Virus record (IMG/VR): IMGVR_UViG_3300025070_000011
DNA length: 64,000 nucleotides
Source of the DNA: an uncultured virus (IMG/VR IMGVR_UViG_3300025070_000011)
Taxonomy: Duplodnaviria; Heunggongvirae; Uroviricota; Caudoviricetes
Reading direction: 5' to 3' (one strand)
The translations under genes and the position numbers were made by a program. This document shows, one piece after another, positions 49,901 through 58,185 of the stretch. The notes beneath the pieces were generated by a model. That model worked only from the letters and a program-made list of their open reading frames with translations. It ran no database searches and had not been told where the DNA came from. How positions within the stretch are numbered: the stretch's first letter is position 1; each line of letters starts with the position of its first letter.

Positions 49901-51430
49901 CTCAGCACCCTGCTTCCTGTGCCTTGTCAATCAGACGTTGTTTTTGCACAAGGATCTACCACTGGTAGTGGTGTTGGATTTACTGTCAATATGCGTCCCA
50001 AGAAGATGTTAATGAAAAAAGTGGATAACGTGTTGGATAGATACGACTTCATTCTCCCAGACGCACCCTTTGAAAGAGAGGTTGATGTCACTGCAATCCT
50101 AAACGGAGATACTTCACTGTTACCTCAAGTTGATGATTTGTGGTTCCAAAGAAAGATTGGGATAAAATCATTCTATATCAAAGAGGCTGGTCTCAAAAAG
50201 ATTATTAATGTCACTAGAACAAATATGACGCTCAGGGATTATGACTCTACTGATACTCAAGTTTTCCGAGCGGTTACAAATTCGTCCGGTGTCAACCAAG
50301 CAGGTAGTACATTCACGCCGATGATTCCGACAATGTTGATGCCCACTAATCAAGAATGTGCTGTATATTCTCTCAGTGGAGAATTGGGATTCGCCGTAGG
50401 TGGAAACATCATGGAGAAAAAGAGTTACCGACACAGGGTTCAACTCAGTAATGCTGTATCGACAGTATCACCAATATTAAATCCATCTAGAACTTCTGCT
50501 GAAGTTAGAGAGTACTTGGTGAACAACGATTATGCAAATGAAGAGAATGCTGCTGGTGGTAATGCTAGGGCTAGATTTATTAGTAAGATTGTTAGACTGG
50601 CAGACGGACAAGAAGCAGAAGATATTCATTTGTCTGTTGGACAATTTACTCCGCCTGGATCAGAAGTTAAGGTATATTTTAGGGGAGTAACCGCTCACGA
50701 CGATATTGATATTAGGAGAGAGAAGAACTGGGTTGAGATGGTCTTTGGTTCAAATAACCGAAATGGTTCTCTAAACAACAACTCATTCGTAGATATGGAA
50801 TATAAACTACCTCAGACTTCACTGTCCGGTGGTAAGTATTTTTATGACACCAGTAGACTCAACCCAACCGCTCTAGTTTTGAATGGGGGTAGCGGGTATA
50901 GTTCTTTGGACGAGGCTACCGTCTTTGTTGATGGAGGCACAAGTACTGATATTGTGTTCAGAACCATAAATAGTGGAGTCCTACAGGGAGATTTTGATGT
51001 ATTGAACCCAGGCGCCAACTTTAATGGGGTCGCGCCGACTATCAAGATTGGATTGGATCATCAGGGTAGTGAAACATATCCAGTAAATACTGTTGTTGCT
51101 GATACCGATACTACTGCTGGGGTAGAAAGAATCTACAGATGTATAACGCCTGGTACAACCAATGCATTGTCTGAGAACACAAACCCTGGCCACGCACTTG
51201 ATGGTTCTGCTCTCAATGACACCGCATCAGACGGGACTTGCGTTTGGCAGTATATTGGTGATAGGGCAACATTCACCCCCAGTAGTATTCAACTAGAAAC
51301 TGTAACACACACCGGATTTAAATATTTCCAGTGTAAGATTGTATTACTTGCATCGAACACTTCTGTGATACCAAGACTAAAACAACTGAGAATGATTGCC
51401 TTGCAAGCTGGTGTACAGGATAGTGCATAA
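43997..51430 (+). CDS. Large virion structural protein, VrlC/DUF4815-like
   Basis: NLNVSPYYDDFD, FKPG.AVQARELTQ.Q, APGADR, LA.RTYEESGNY, DFRP, YYLPRID, RYTM.DI. Confidence 0.85.
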   Translation: MAINLNVSPYYDDFDANKKFNRVVFKPGVAVQARELTQMQDYFYETIKDFAEHLFVDGAAVSGCEGSINLLEYIKISDVDNAGVTVSNDSLESYTGDAVIGSVTGIRANITAVKSGLSTNVTAKKILYLDYKVGNTDGAGDNTNKRFDAGETLTVVSDDSDRNGDTFVVDTNTNFDSFTENFYGLAMDFVIPEGVLFIQGKFVKHERQIIRLDDYSARVNYFIGVILKEEIVTSDSDGTLLDPATGAFNYNAPGADRTKITTVIEKVPFGAEFANNTYYDLGQHVSFDDKLYEVTTAGTTGALDESNPGPVHTSGSQTFGSATFTFFPFPEDFTAVYKVQDGAIVRKLNPELKEYSRLGVTLAERTYEESGNYVVEPFTLELLEHLKTVKGSTFNTSVNTTYASNQFVNHNGNLYYSSNTGPAEAAAGAPPVHTSGTVTSGEVKFTYAGDSYRFDNSGVYLSNDPINPGDPNALVAKVSPGVAYVDGYRRDFGAGEANTYLKVRKGVATETKEGLDTNLGYGNYFECREVCGDWSMEAGDTIGIYTNQTVSGGSFAVGSQYQIVTAGTTDFTLIGAADSAVGTIFTASGAGTGSGTAALLSGAVTDGTFSSTAAPATSDKIGQCRVRSIKLLNGTPGDAASRYRVFVYDVKITRGNITNARTLYYNGLSGGSFANIILEAGIDIDGDPIVFADLKGRSHNKMVFRCPWRSTKTLYAEAGNTLDTQYYYTEEFSGLSTDNAGTFQVSIAGLGSEFSFPYSATPTAAQMTDSFYLVNRGNSVTISGVVYPPGAIIPMTPSMVTAFAFDQMDFDLTSGGGVGAMSGAADLYLQVKLKVTDAVPVTKNLNTSRYVKIRTVDNAGGASGPWSLGVCDVNEIEAIYVADGERQGGHFDDADNPVNLKDSFNLDNGQRDNLYTHASISKKGTEAIDLSNKLITVKFSHFDPDYDSSNGTYFAFDSYPVDDTGATGIYSHEVPYYRSELFGTMDLRDCIDFRPYVKNTAASSLTLAGATQNPYRTEDLDLPNNGIQYPIPATAFTTDVTYYLPRIDKVFIDKFGRMTIKEGLSEAKAKPPVLKQGMQIAQIYIPPFPSISRKVAIKYGKLEQSATFELQGQTKRYTMADIGNIAKRIDRLEYYLALSLMEMSAKDTQLLDANGNDRFKNGIYVNAFDSDLLSDLADPSYNCAYDSIAKLAEPNYEESDVDLVINPNHQSSTWKFMGQHITRPYVKEGLFENRFATKTRNCVGELLFNYTGKMELFPRSDNFASTSTMEPMNLTSNNQAAVQAAAASVNASKNVIGTSSAITTGAVAGVPGSFSGKQTTTTTNFEPGGDGAFKMESEEVFNPPLPAGSTTPNNPNGWFEKIEDGKKTTTTTGNIDVSGSFDTTTTTSSIVQSTTEYLLTASAKSAGSLEFNIGDVVRDVSLLPFMRAKAIGVRCSGLKPKTKLYCFFDDVNVTEFCESMRVRSTSAGPGFDDSIGLAWPTSRQTSIREVLSSGCTFNSGETIDGVVHFPDVIKTDDAGDCAFTLNLPGDRFPVGTRRIFVVDDPTNRNNFITTMAENQYSAFGMHQTTQEVSLTAELYQLEYGSTTGGTSSAVVGTTVTGVENSAATISVDITDVETTIDVTNPVYVFHPPIRFGDPIAQSFAVDQSPTEVFLSRVKVWFRSRPGEKDGISNLDTSPINTGTGRKLTMEIRQCNSAGYPTNVVIGRSTLPYNAIKTTPDLSGGNATNFDFRDEFSTNFDFGKGPDLSSFRTGNVADFRIGLSQESLQKPVVLDPTKEYAFIIIPENNDPNYDIWCSKLGETKIGTAADRVTAEEAFSGILFTSANNRTWTPHQQEDLKFVMYAWTFPTGTGEVEFVNEHAEFVSAKDFIGGKPDKNEPGTWYSFKNSIGNAGTGYSVGDVINIDSSTKTNVPSGIKFEVLTVGGGGEVLTIKALQYSDGSNASYRNWPYTCGVDSIGQGNFEFINGDLSTLLPVPCQSDVVFAQGSTTGSGVGFTVNMRPKKMLMKKVDNVLDRYDFILPDAPFEREVDVTAILNGDTSLLPQVDDLWFQRKIGIKSFYIKEAGLKKIINVTRTNMTLRDYDSTDTQVFRAVTNSSGVNQAGSTFTPMIPTMLMPTNQECAVYSLSGELGFAVGGNIMEKKSYRHRVQLSNAVSTVSPILNPSRTSAEVREYLVNNDYANEENAAGGNARARFISKIVRLADGQEAEDIHLSVGQFTPPGSEVKVYFRGVTAHDDIDIRREKNWVEMVFGSNNRNGSLNNNSFVDMEYKLPQTSLSGGKYFYDTSRLNPTALVLNGGSGYSSLDEATVFVDGGTSTDIVFRTINSGVLQGDFDVLNPGANFNGVAPTIKIGLDHQGSETYPVNTVVADTDTTAGVERIYRCITPGTTNALSENTNPGHALDGSALNDTASDGTCVWQYIGDRATFTPSSIQLETVTHTGFKYFQCKIVLLASNTSVIPRLKQLRMIALQAGVQDSA

Positions 51431-51435
51431 ATAAA

Positions 51436-51675
51436 ATGGACATGGACAATAAAGTATCAAGGAAACACTTTTCTAGAGATGAAGGTTCTGGCGCATTGTT
51501 GTCTGTTGACAATGATGCCCTTGCTGCATACAAACAACGTATTGCAAAACAACAGATATCGAAAAGAAATATTTCCAAAATGTCAGATGATATAAATAGT
51601 CTGAAAGAAGAATTTCAAGAAATGAAAGACCTCTTGATACAAGTTACTAATTCTTTAAAACAAAATGATAGATAG
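51436..51675 (+). CDS. Small coiled-coil protein following the VrlC-like gene
   Basis: RDE.SGALL..D..AL.AYK, DINSLK.E..E.K.LL. Confidence 0.7.
   Translation: MDMDNKVSRKHFSRDEGSGALLSVDNDALAAYKQRIAKQQISKRNISKMSDDINSLKEEFQEMKDLLIQVTNSLKQNDR
51591..51598 (+). promoter_or_regulatory. T4-type late promoter
   Basis: TATAAATA about 85 nt upstream of ATG 51684. Confidence 0.6.
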
Positions 51676-51683
51676 GGACTAAA

Positions 51684-52523
51684 ATGGCTACGATAACTTT
51701 AAGGGCATCGAAGGGGTCTCCGCTCACTAACACCGAGGTGGACACCAACTTTACGAACCTCAATAATGCAAAATATGAGAGTGGTGATAATGCATCTTTC
51801 GGAACACTGACGGCATCGGGTAATTTAACCCTTGGTGTTGCCGCGGCAGTTTCTGCCGCTGGTGCTGATGCAGCTACCGCTACTGCACTCACAAAAACTT
51901 ACAACATCATCTCGACTGCTTCTTCTGGTCAGGGTGTTGTACTTCCTGCTGCTACTGCTGGATTGCTTGTAAACGTCTTTAACACTAGTGGTAACACTGT
52001 TAAGGTTTACGGTAACGCAGGAACAGAGACTATTGACGGATCAACGGCCGTCGATCTGGTAACTGCTAATGGTTACGAATTAATTGCTACGGGTACTGGT
52101 ACTTGGAGTCAGGTTGGTTCCGGTGGTAGTAACGTAGAAGATTTCACAATCAACGGTACTGCTGAACTTCTGGGCGACTTGAAAATTGGCGTAACTGCTA
52201 ACGTATCTTCTGCTGGAACGAATCAATCTGATGCAACTGAACTCACAGAAACTTTCAACATAATTACTACTGTTGGTGGTTCTACGCAGGGTGTTAAATT
52301 GCCTACCGCCGCGGCGGGGTTGTCAATCATTGTGACGAATACCACAACGACCGATTGCGAATTGTATCCGAATACTTCAGATTCTATTGAGGGTGGTACT
52401 GCAAACATTGCTGTTACTCTTCCCGCAAAAACCACATTTACTTTGACATGTAAAGATGCTACTGATTGGATTAAACACAGAAGTATTGCTGTATATAATT
52501 CTAGTGGCACTTTGATTAACTAA
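51684..52523 (+). CDS. Tail-fibre-associated structural protein with duplicated domain
   Basis: N-terminal LR..KGSPLT..EVD.NF.NLN motif; two copies of VS.AG....AT.LT.T.NII.T....QGV.LP.A.AGL. Confidence 0.75.
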   Translation: MATITLRASKGSPLTNTEVDTNFTNLNNAKYESGDNASFGTLTASGNLTLGVAAAVSAAGADAATATALTKTYNIISTASSGQGVVLPAATAGLLVNVFNTSGNTVKVYGNAGTETIDGSTAVDLVTANGYELIATGTGTWSQVGSGGSNVEDFTINGTAELLGDLKIGVTANVSSAGTNQSDATELTETFNIITTVGGSTQGVKLPTAAAGLSIIVTNTTTTDCELYPNTSDSIEGGTANIAVTLPAKTTFTLTCKDATDWIKHRSIAVYNSSGTLIN

Positions 52524-52533
52524 GGAGTTAGAA

Positions 52534-53508
52534 ATGGCTGGTCCAATAACACTTGAAGCTGGAAGCTATCCAGTAGCCGCTGATGGGTTACAGGGATTTC
52601 GTGAACTGACAGCAACTCAAATTAGGGAACAGATCGCTGGTGTTATTACCCAAAAGTTTGCTACTGATACGGATGGGTCTGGTACTGCTGAACTGAATGT
52701 TGTCACTGGAGGTTCTGCTGGTTCTGATGAGATTGGTACTTTCTCAGACAGAGCAAGAACGGAATCCGTGGGAACTCACCCCGCAGCTGGCACTCTCACT
52801 ACAACTACATTTCGTTTCAATCAACCCGTTGCGAGTGTGAGTGAGTCCGGTCAAATCAGACCATTGCGATGGACAAACACATCCGTAGATGAAATGACGG
52901 ACGGAGAAATTGATTCCGATATTTTAGACGAAGTTATCCAGGCAATGGCAACGGAATCTGCTAACACAGTAGGACAGTATAAAATCGATACTTCTACCCC
53001 TTCTGGTGGAACGTGGACCGCTCGGTATACTATCCCAGATACGCAAACCGATGGCACTACCATAAACTATTATCTTTGGCAAAAAACTGCGCCGACAACG
53101 GATGCAGGTTCTGATACCAATATGCTTCTCCAAACTGATGTAGATGGTAACATTGATGAGATGGCAGACGCTGATGTAGAAACTCTAGTTCCTGCTTTCA
53201 GAAACAGAATCATTGCTTCTGGTGTTGGTACATATTTACTACAAACTGGTTCTCCGACTGCTACTGGGACTTGGGCTCAGATGGGTGGAACCATGACCGA
53301 CCAAGTTAAAGACATTGTTTCAGAAAATTATTCTGGTGAATATGCTGGTTCCTATGTTGGATACTATGACAGAATATTCAACGGATTCTTGGAAGGTGCC
53401 TATGCTGGTACATACTCAGGAACTTACTACGGTGAGTATGCCGGTAACACTATTCAAACTTCTAGTTCTACTCAGGAAACGAAACAACTCTTTATAAGAA
53501 CTGCTTAA
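52534..53508 (+). CDS. Virion protein with C-terminal Tyr-x-Gly-x repeats
   Basis: AGGAG SD; late structural operon; YSGE YAGS YVGY ... YAGT YSGT YYGE YAGN. Confidence 0.7.
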   Translation: MAGPITLEAGSYPVAADGLQGFRELTATQIREQIAGVITQKFATDTDGSGTAELNVVTGGSAGSDEIGTFSDRARTESVGTHPAAGTLTTTTFRFNQPVASVSESGQIRPLRWTNTSVDEMTDGEIDSDILDEVIQAMATESANTVGQYKIDTSTPSGGTWTARYTIPDTQTDGTTINYYLWQKTAPTTDAGSDTNMLLQTDVDGNIDEMADADVETLVPAFRNRIIASGVGTYLLQTGSPTATGTWAQMGGTMTDQVKDIVSENYSGEYAGSYVGYYDRIFNGFLEGAYAGTYSGTYYGEYAGNTIQTSSSTQETKQLFIRTA

Positions 53509-53512
53509 CCAT

Positions 53513-53561
53513 TTGACATATATACTAGATGAGTGTTATAATGCACTCATAGTATTTTTTA
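53513..53561 (+). terminator. Intrinsic terminator overlapping a sigma70-like promoter
   Basis: Stem ATGAGTG/CACTCAT (extendable with TACT/AGTA) followed by a T tract; TTGACA(53513)-N18-TATAAT(53537) with the -10 in the loop. Confidence 0.7.
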
Positions 53562-53577
53562 TAGTATGAGGAATATC

Positions 53578-54015
53578 ATGGAACCCCAACCAAAATATCG
53601 CAACCCCCGCTGGATCAACAAAGAGAACCGCAGAGTTTTCTGTGAGATTCTTATTGGTGACGTTTACCGCCCCTGTAACATCAACGTTGGAAATCCAGAA
53701 GAAGGACTAGTCAACAAAGACTTTGATGCGATCATGGAAGAGTTTGGAGAAGAGGTGTTGAATGAGAACACCAAACTTCACAAAGAAGGTGTTGACGAAG
53801 AACATAAGAAAAGAGAAGAGATGCAGGAGGTTCATGTAAACAGGGTGAAACAAGAAACTCTGTTTGAAATGAAACTGCAAGCATTTGAGTCCGAGTACAT
53901 CAAAAACTCTGACAACAAAGAATTCAAAAAACTTCTTAGAAAATCAAAGTCACTCATCGAAGTACAAGCAATCGCGACTATTCTTATTCAAGAAGAACTC
54001 AATAAGTCAGAATGA
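53578..54015 (+). CDS. Hypothetical protein (possible fibre assembly chaperone)
   Basis: GAGG SD before ATG 53578; 'RNPRW', 'LF..KL.AFE...IKNS......LRKSKS..EV'. Confidence 0.65.
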   Translation: MEPQPKYRNPRWINKENRRVFCEILIGDVYRPCNINVGNPEEGLVNKDFDAIMEEFGEEVLNENTKLHKEGVDEEHKKREEMQEVHVNRVKQETLFEMKLQAFESEYIKNSDNKEFKKLLRKSKSLIEVQAIATILIQEELNKSE

Positions 54016-54740
54016 ACGGATATCTATATGTAGCGACAGTCAGATATGAATATTATCTGGCTGCGAAAGAGTCTGCCCTGTCCCTTCTAGATTTTCACCC
54101 AGAAGCTAATATTTGTTTATTTACTCTACCAGAATGGGTAGAAGAAGAAGATCATGAAATATTTGATCGCATTGTCACGGACATACCCAATCACACTAGA
54201 ACAAAACTATGGGCTCTATCAAGAACACCATATGATCTGACACTCTATGTAGACTGCGACACATGGGTTCAGAGTGAAGACATCCAAACTATATTTAATT
54301 ATATTGAAGACAATGATATAATCTTCACTCGCAATCGACCCTACAATTCAAAGATCACTCAACTAAATGAAGAAGAAGAGATGATCTACCATTGTGGCAT
54401 TTTTCTGTACAGGAAGAATATGCAGATAGTTGAGTTGATGGACGATTGGTATGAATACTATTGCAAACAGATCAACAGAGATCACGATATGAGTCCGTAC
54501 CCAGAAAAGGCCAGACCTTGGGATACGTTTACCATGTGGTACTTACTAAATAAAACTAAACATAAAGATACCATAAAGATAGGAGATTTTCCATCACCAG
54601 ATGCGAGGTGGAATTTTTGTATGGGGCAAAGGCCAGAAGAGTTAGAAGGTCAAGATGTAATCATCACTCACTACAGCTTAGGAAATGTCACACTAAATGA
54701 GAAGCATACCAATAAATCAAGAGCTGCACAAGTTTCTTGA
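54012..54740 (+). CDS. GT-A glycosyltransferase (GT8-like)
   Basis: RTKLWALSRTPYDLTLYVDCD (DxD), HCGIFLY, WDTF, RWNF, ITHY. Confidence 0.8.
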   Translation: MNGYLYVATVRYEYYLAAKESALSLLDFHPEANICLFTLPEWVEEEDHEIFDRIVTDIPNHTRTKLWALSRTPYDLTLYVDCDTWVQSEDIQTIFNYIEDNDIIFTRNRPYNSKITQLNEEEEMIYHCGIFLYRKNMQIVELMDDWYEYYCKQINRDHDMSPYPEKARPWDTFTMWYLLNKTKHKDTIKIGDFPSPDARWNFCMGQRPEELEGQDVIITHYSLGNVTLNEKHTNKSRAAQVS

Positions 54741-55305
54741 CGATTATATTTCTTGGTTCAATAAGAAAGATTTTAAACTCCCAACCGAAGAAAACCACAA
54801 GGACGGTTTGGGGATGGATTACTATTGTTCCAAGGAATATCTAGACACCGTAATAGAAAAAGGCAAAGATCACAGAGGTCCGCCAGAGTTTGGTATTACA
54901 TGCAGTTTGCAAAGAAATACAAATGTACCAGAAGATGCTAGATTAAAGTCACTGGAGTTTTGTTCTTCCCTATCTTCTTATCTGGGAGCAAAGTATACTG
55001 CGGTACATGTATACTATCCACCAAACGGATTCATGTCGTGGCACTGTAATTGGGATTGTCCCGGCTACAATATTCTATTATCTCATAGTGACGGTGGTGG
55101 ATTCTTCAGATACCTAGAAGATGGTGAGATCAAAAACACCCAAGACCCAGCTGGATGGTCTGTTAAGGTGGGATATTATGGTAGTAAAGATGAGACACCA
55201 TATTGGCACTGCGCGGGGTCAACTAGTCCTAGACAAACTATTGGATTTGTTGTTCCAGATAAAAATATGTGGGAGATGATGGTAGAGGATATTAGTGCAG
55301 AATGA
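54697..55305 (+). CDS. Putative 2OG-Fe(II) oxygenase / cupin-fold enzyme
   Basis: YYPPNGFMSWHCN (HxN instead of HxD), distal WHCA and R.T.G. Confidence 0.6.
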   Translation: MRSIPINQELHKFLDDYISWFNKKDFKLPTEENHKDGLGMDYYCSKEYLDTVIEKGKDHRGPPEFGITCSLQRNTNVPEDARLKSLEFCSSLSSYLGAKYTAVHVYYPPNGFMSWHCNWDCPGYNILLSHSDGGGFFRYLEDGEIKNTQDPAGWSVKVGYYGSKDETPYWHCAGSTSPRQTIGFVVPDKNMWEMMVEDISAE

Positions 55306-56060
55306 GTTTGATGCACAAAGAAGGCGATCAACTCTGGCCAAAAGTTAAAACCGTTGACGATGGACGGGTTGTTGGTTATGAATCTAACAGCATCACCGAA
55401 TATTTGTTATCCGACAATCCAAATTTTTCTAGCTACAATGAACACTATGGTCACCGAATATCATATGACTTCAATTTTGCTGGACACAGAACACCAAAAA
55501 CTTTTGATAAAACAAATCACTTCTTAGTTGTAGGTGGTTCTCAGACCTTTGGTATTGGAGTTCCAGAAGATAAGTGCTACCCATCAATGATTGCAAAAAG
55601 TTTGGGTATGGACTATTACAACATGTCTTTGCCTGGTGTGTCGCATGACATAAACATTTCAAATCTATTATGGTATCTATCCACATACTCTCCCAGATTT
55701 ATATTGTGGGAGTGGTTATTCGATTCAAGAAATTATATAATTCTTCCGCGCATGGATGATATGGTTCTCCCTCTTATTTCAACCCATGTACAAAAGTATG
55801 AAGAGGTGTTTGATCTGCGTGGACTGTCGGAATTTTTTCTGTCTTGCAATGACATTGGATATAATAAATCTCGCAGATTGCTGCATGAGATGGCATTAAA
55901 AAATATTTCTAATATGCATCAAGTCCATCAATTTGATTTCAACAAGGACTTTGAAGTAAATTCCGTTGACGTTGGCAGAGAAGGATTCCACTACGGAATT
56001 GATACTCACCAATCAATTGCAGACAGTTTAATCAAAAGAATCCTTCCTTCTGGCCGATAA
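55302..56060 (+). CDS. SGNH/GDSL-like hydrolase or acyltransferase
   Basis: FNFAGHR, VGGSQTFGIG, NMSLPGVS, C-terminal HYG...H..IA. Confidence 0.65.
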   Translation: MSLMHKEGDQLWPKVKTVDDGRVVGYESNSITEYLLSDNPNFSSYNEHYGHRISYDFNFAGHRTPKTFDKTNHFLVVGGSQTFGIGVPEDKCYPSMIAKSLGMDYYNMSLPGVSHDINISNLLWYLSTYSPRFILWEWLFDSRNYIILPRMDDMVLPLISTHVQKYEEVFDLRGLSEFFLSCNDIGYNKSRRLLHEMALKNISNMHQVHQFDFNKDFEVNSVDVGREGFHYGIDTHQSIADSLIKRILPSGR

Positions 56061-56715
56061 TCATAAACCTATCGTATTCTTTTTTTCCGTCCCAAGAGTG
56101 ATAAGTTTGTTTGATGGTGCCCTCAAATTCTGCATCAGGCAATCCGATCTGATCTTTTAACTCTTCAATAGAACCCACACAGTTTATACCATACATCTCT
56201 TCAACCACGTTAGAGTTTTGCATGGCGAATACTGCATTGGGATTCTTTGTAACTAGTTCTTCTAGGGGATACATTTGTTCTGTGTGAATACAGATCACAA
56301 CATCTACTTCAATCTTGTTGAGGTTTTCAAACTCAAATGGGATATCCAAATTCCAGTGTCGAATGTTGACAAACTTTTCTTGGGCGTAGTGTTTGTGAAA
56401 AATCTTTGACAACTCAATCGACTCTTCATCCAAGTCAACCATGTGAATCTGTGCTACGTCTAGGTTCTCACAGATCAACGGGACCATAGGCATTCCTAAC
56501 CAAGAATTTAGGATCAGTACTCTGAGACTCCCAGGCTTTGCATAGTATTCATCAAGATACTTTTGTAGTTCCTCGACCAACCAAACACTTGATTCCACGT
56601 TGTTCTCTGACAAAGACTGTCTGAAGTCTGCCAGTTTGTGTGGCATCTTATGTTCTATGATACTTAGGGCCTCGCCCCAGTGTTTGAAATTATTTAAGAA
56701 ATTAAAATTTAACAT
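56032..56715 (-). CDS. Methyltransferase-fold protein (degenerate paralog of 2048-2644)
   Basis: SS.WL, ILNSWLG, VDLDE, VVICIHTEQM, MQNSN, YDRFMIIG.K align with the upstream MTase motifs. Confidence 0.6.
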   Translation of the reverse strand: MLNFNFLNNFKHWGEALSIIEHKMPHKLADFRQSLSENNVESSVWLVEELQKYLDEYYAKPGSLRVLILNSWLGMPMVPLICENLDVAQIHMVDLDEESIELSKIFHKHYAQEKFVNIRHWNLDIPFEFENLNKIEVDVVICIHTEQMYPLEELVTKNPNAVFAMQNSNVVEEMYGINCVGSIEELKDQIGLPDAEFEGTIKQTYHSWDGKKEYDRFMIIGQKEGFF

Positions 56716-57376
56716 CTTCACTTTTTCCCATTGAGTCAAATATACAAATGTATGGTAGTTCTCGGTAGGTATGTTTTTCTATGTCGTGGGGAAAAACAAA
56801 TCCTTGGTTGAAACTATACACCCATCCAAGGGGGAACAGTTTTGTTTTGATTACTCTTCTGTTGTAGAAGAAGTTATCAAGACCACGATAATACCACAGT
56901 ATTTGTTCTTTATACTTGTTGAAGTATTCGGTTAGTTCTCTAGTATTTAGACTGTCATTCCAACGCAACACGGATGAGTTTAAATCCGTAAACTTGTGAG
57001 GAATGTGTCTAGTGTCTTTGTATTGTGTTTCAAGATCGTGCCACCAAGTCTTTACCATACACAAACAATCTTCTGGGTCATACTCAGCTATCACATCAAC
57101 ATTTTTTTGGATGATGGTGTCAATGTCAAAAAACATCTTCTCGCCTTTTTGGGTCACGATGCTGTCGTCGAACAGGTACATCTTGTTCCACCACTTTTGT
57201 AGTTTGTTGCCGCCCGGCAGAGTCAAAGGCTTAATCGATGGGTCCAATCCTTTGGGGTCTTCTGTTAGACAGAAAAAATCAAAGTCACATGTTAGATATT
57301 TCAAACACTGTTCATAGATACTGTTGACATGTTGGTGATTATATTTGTCACCCCACTTTACGGTATAGATGTTCAT
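56702..57376 (-). CDS. GT-A glycosyltransferase
   Basis: VKWGDKY, FFCLTED, WWNKM.LF, FFDID (DxD), NSSVLRW. Confidence 0.8.
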   Translation of the reverse strand: MNIYTVKWGDKYNHQHVNSIYEQCLKYLTCDFDFFCLTEDPKGLDPSIKPLTLPGGNKLQKWWNKMYLFDDSIVTQKGEKMFFDIDTIIQKNVDVIAEYDPEDCLCMVKTWWHDLETQYKDTRHIPHKFTDLNSSVLRWNDSLNTRELTEYFNKYKEQILWYYRGLDNFFYNRRVIKTKLFPLGWVYSFNQGFVFPHDIEKHTYRELPYICIFDSMGKSEDVKF

Positions 57377-58185
57377 CGCCAATGCTCCAGTAATTTAGGA
57401 TCAGCAAGTTCATCTTGTTTCGTGTGACCTCTACTCTTATCCTCAAAGGGCAACAGATCAACGTTGAACACGCAGATGATGCAGTTTGGTCTGTAGATAC
57501 CAACGTTCAAATCGTCTTCATCCCATGACCGACCACGGTTGTATGAGTATGCCATCCAAGAAGGAAAGTGATCCCACAAGTCTTCACCGTATCTACCCCA
57601 CTTCCATGAATGATAGTTATCGGTTCCGTCAGTGTATGTGAACCAAATCTTCTTTTGATTTTTTAGCACATCTTCCCAGATACACTCACACTGATCGTCT
57701 GACCACACTTGACACGATCCGTTTGTATATGCACCATGAGCCAACTTAAATTGTCTAGTCTCCATTGGTCTGGGGTCTTGCCACCAAGACTTCATCTTGG
57801 TGGGTCTTTCCATGTTATATGTTATAACAGGTGTAAGATCGCGTTGAATGATAACATCCAAGTCAAAAAAAACAAAACGTCCAGTAGGCTTATCAGGAGC
57901 AAAATTATGGGTATTAAAAACAAAAGTTTTAGGACGATCCCAACAGCGGGCCATACCATACTTAAAATTTTCACTGCCAAACCAATACTTAGGATGAATA
58001 TCAGGAATGTCAGGAAAAGGGATAACATTAACATCATCATCAAATCCTTCAGAGTTATCGGTGTAGCAATAAAAGTGAAACTCAAACTTGTCTGGAGTAT
58101 TTCTTTTTGCCATCTCTTTCAATCTGTTGACGAAGTGTGGACCGTATTTGGTTCCCCACTTACAACATACATAATTTACTCTCAC
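57373..58185 (-). CDS. GT-A glycosyltransferase
   Basis: CKWGTKY, YCYTD, WDRPK, FFDLDV (DxD), NGSCQVW, YSYNRG. Confidence 0.8.
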   Translation of the reverse strand: MRVNYVCCKWGTKYGPHFVNRLKEMAKRNTPDKFEFHFYCYTDNSEGFDDDVNVIPFPDIPDIHPKYWFGSENFKYGMARCWDRPKTFVFNTHNFAPDKPTGRFVFFDLDVIIQRDLTPVITYNMERPTKMKSWWQDPRPMETRQFKLAHGAYTNGSCQVWSDDQCECIWEDVLKNQKKIWFTYTDGTDNYHSWKWGRYGEDLWDHFPSWMAYSYNRGRSWDEDDLNVGIYRPNCIICVFNVDLLPFEDKSRGHTKQDELADPKLLEHWR

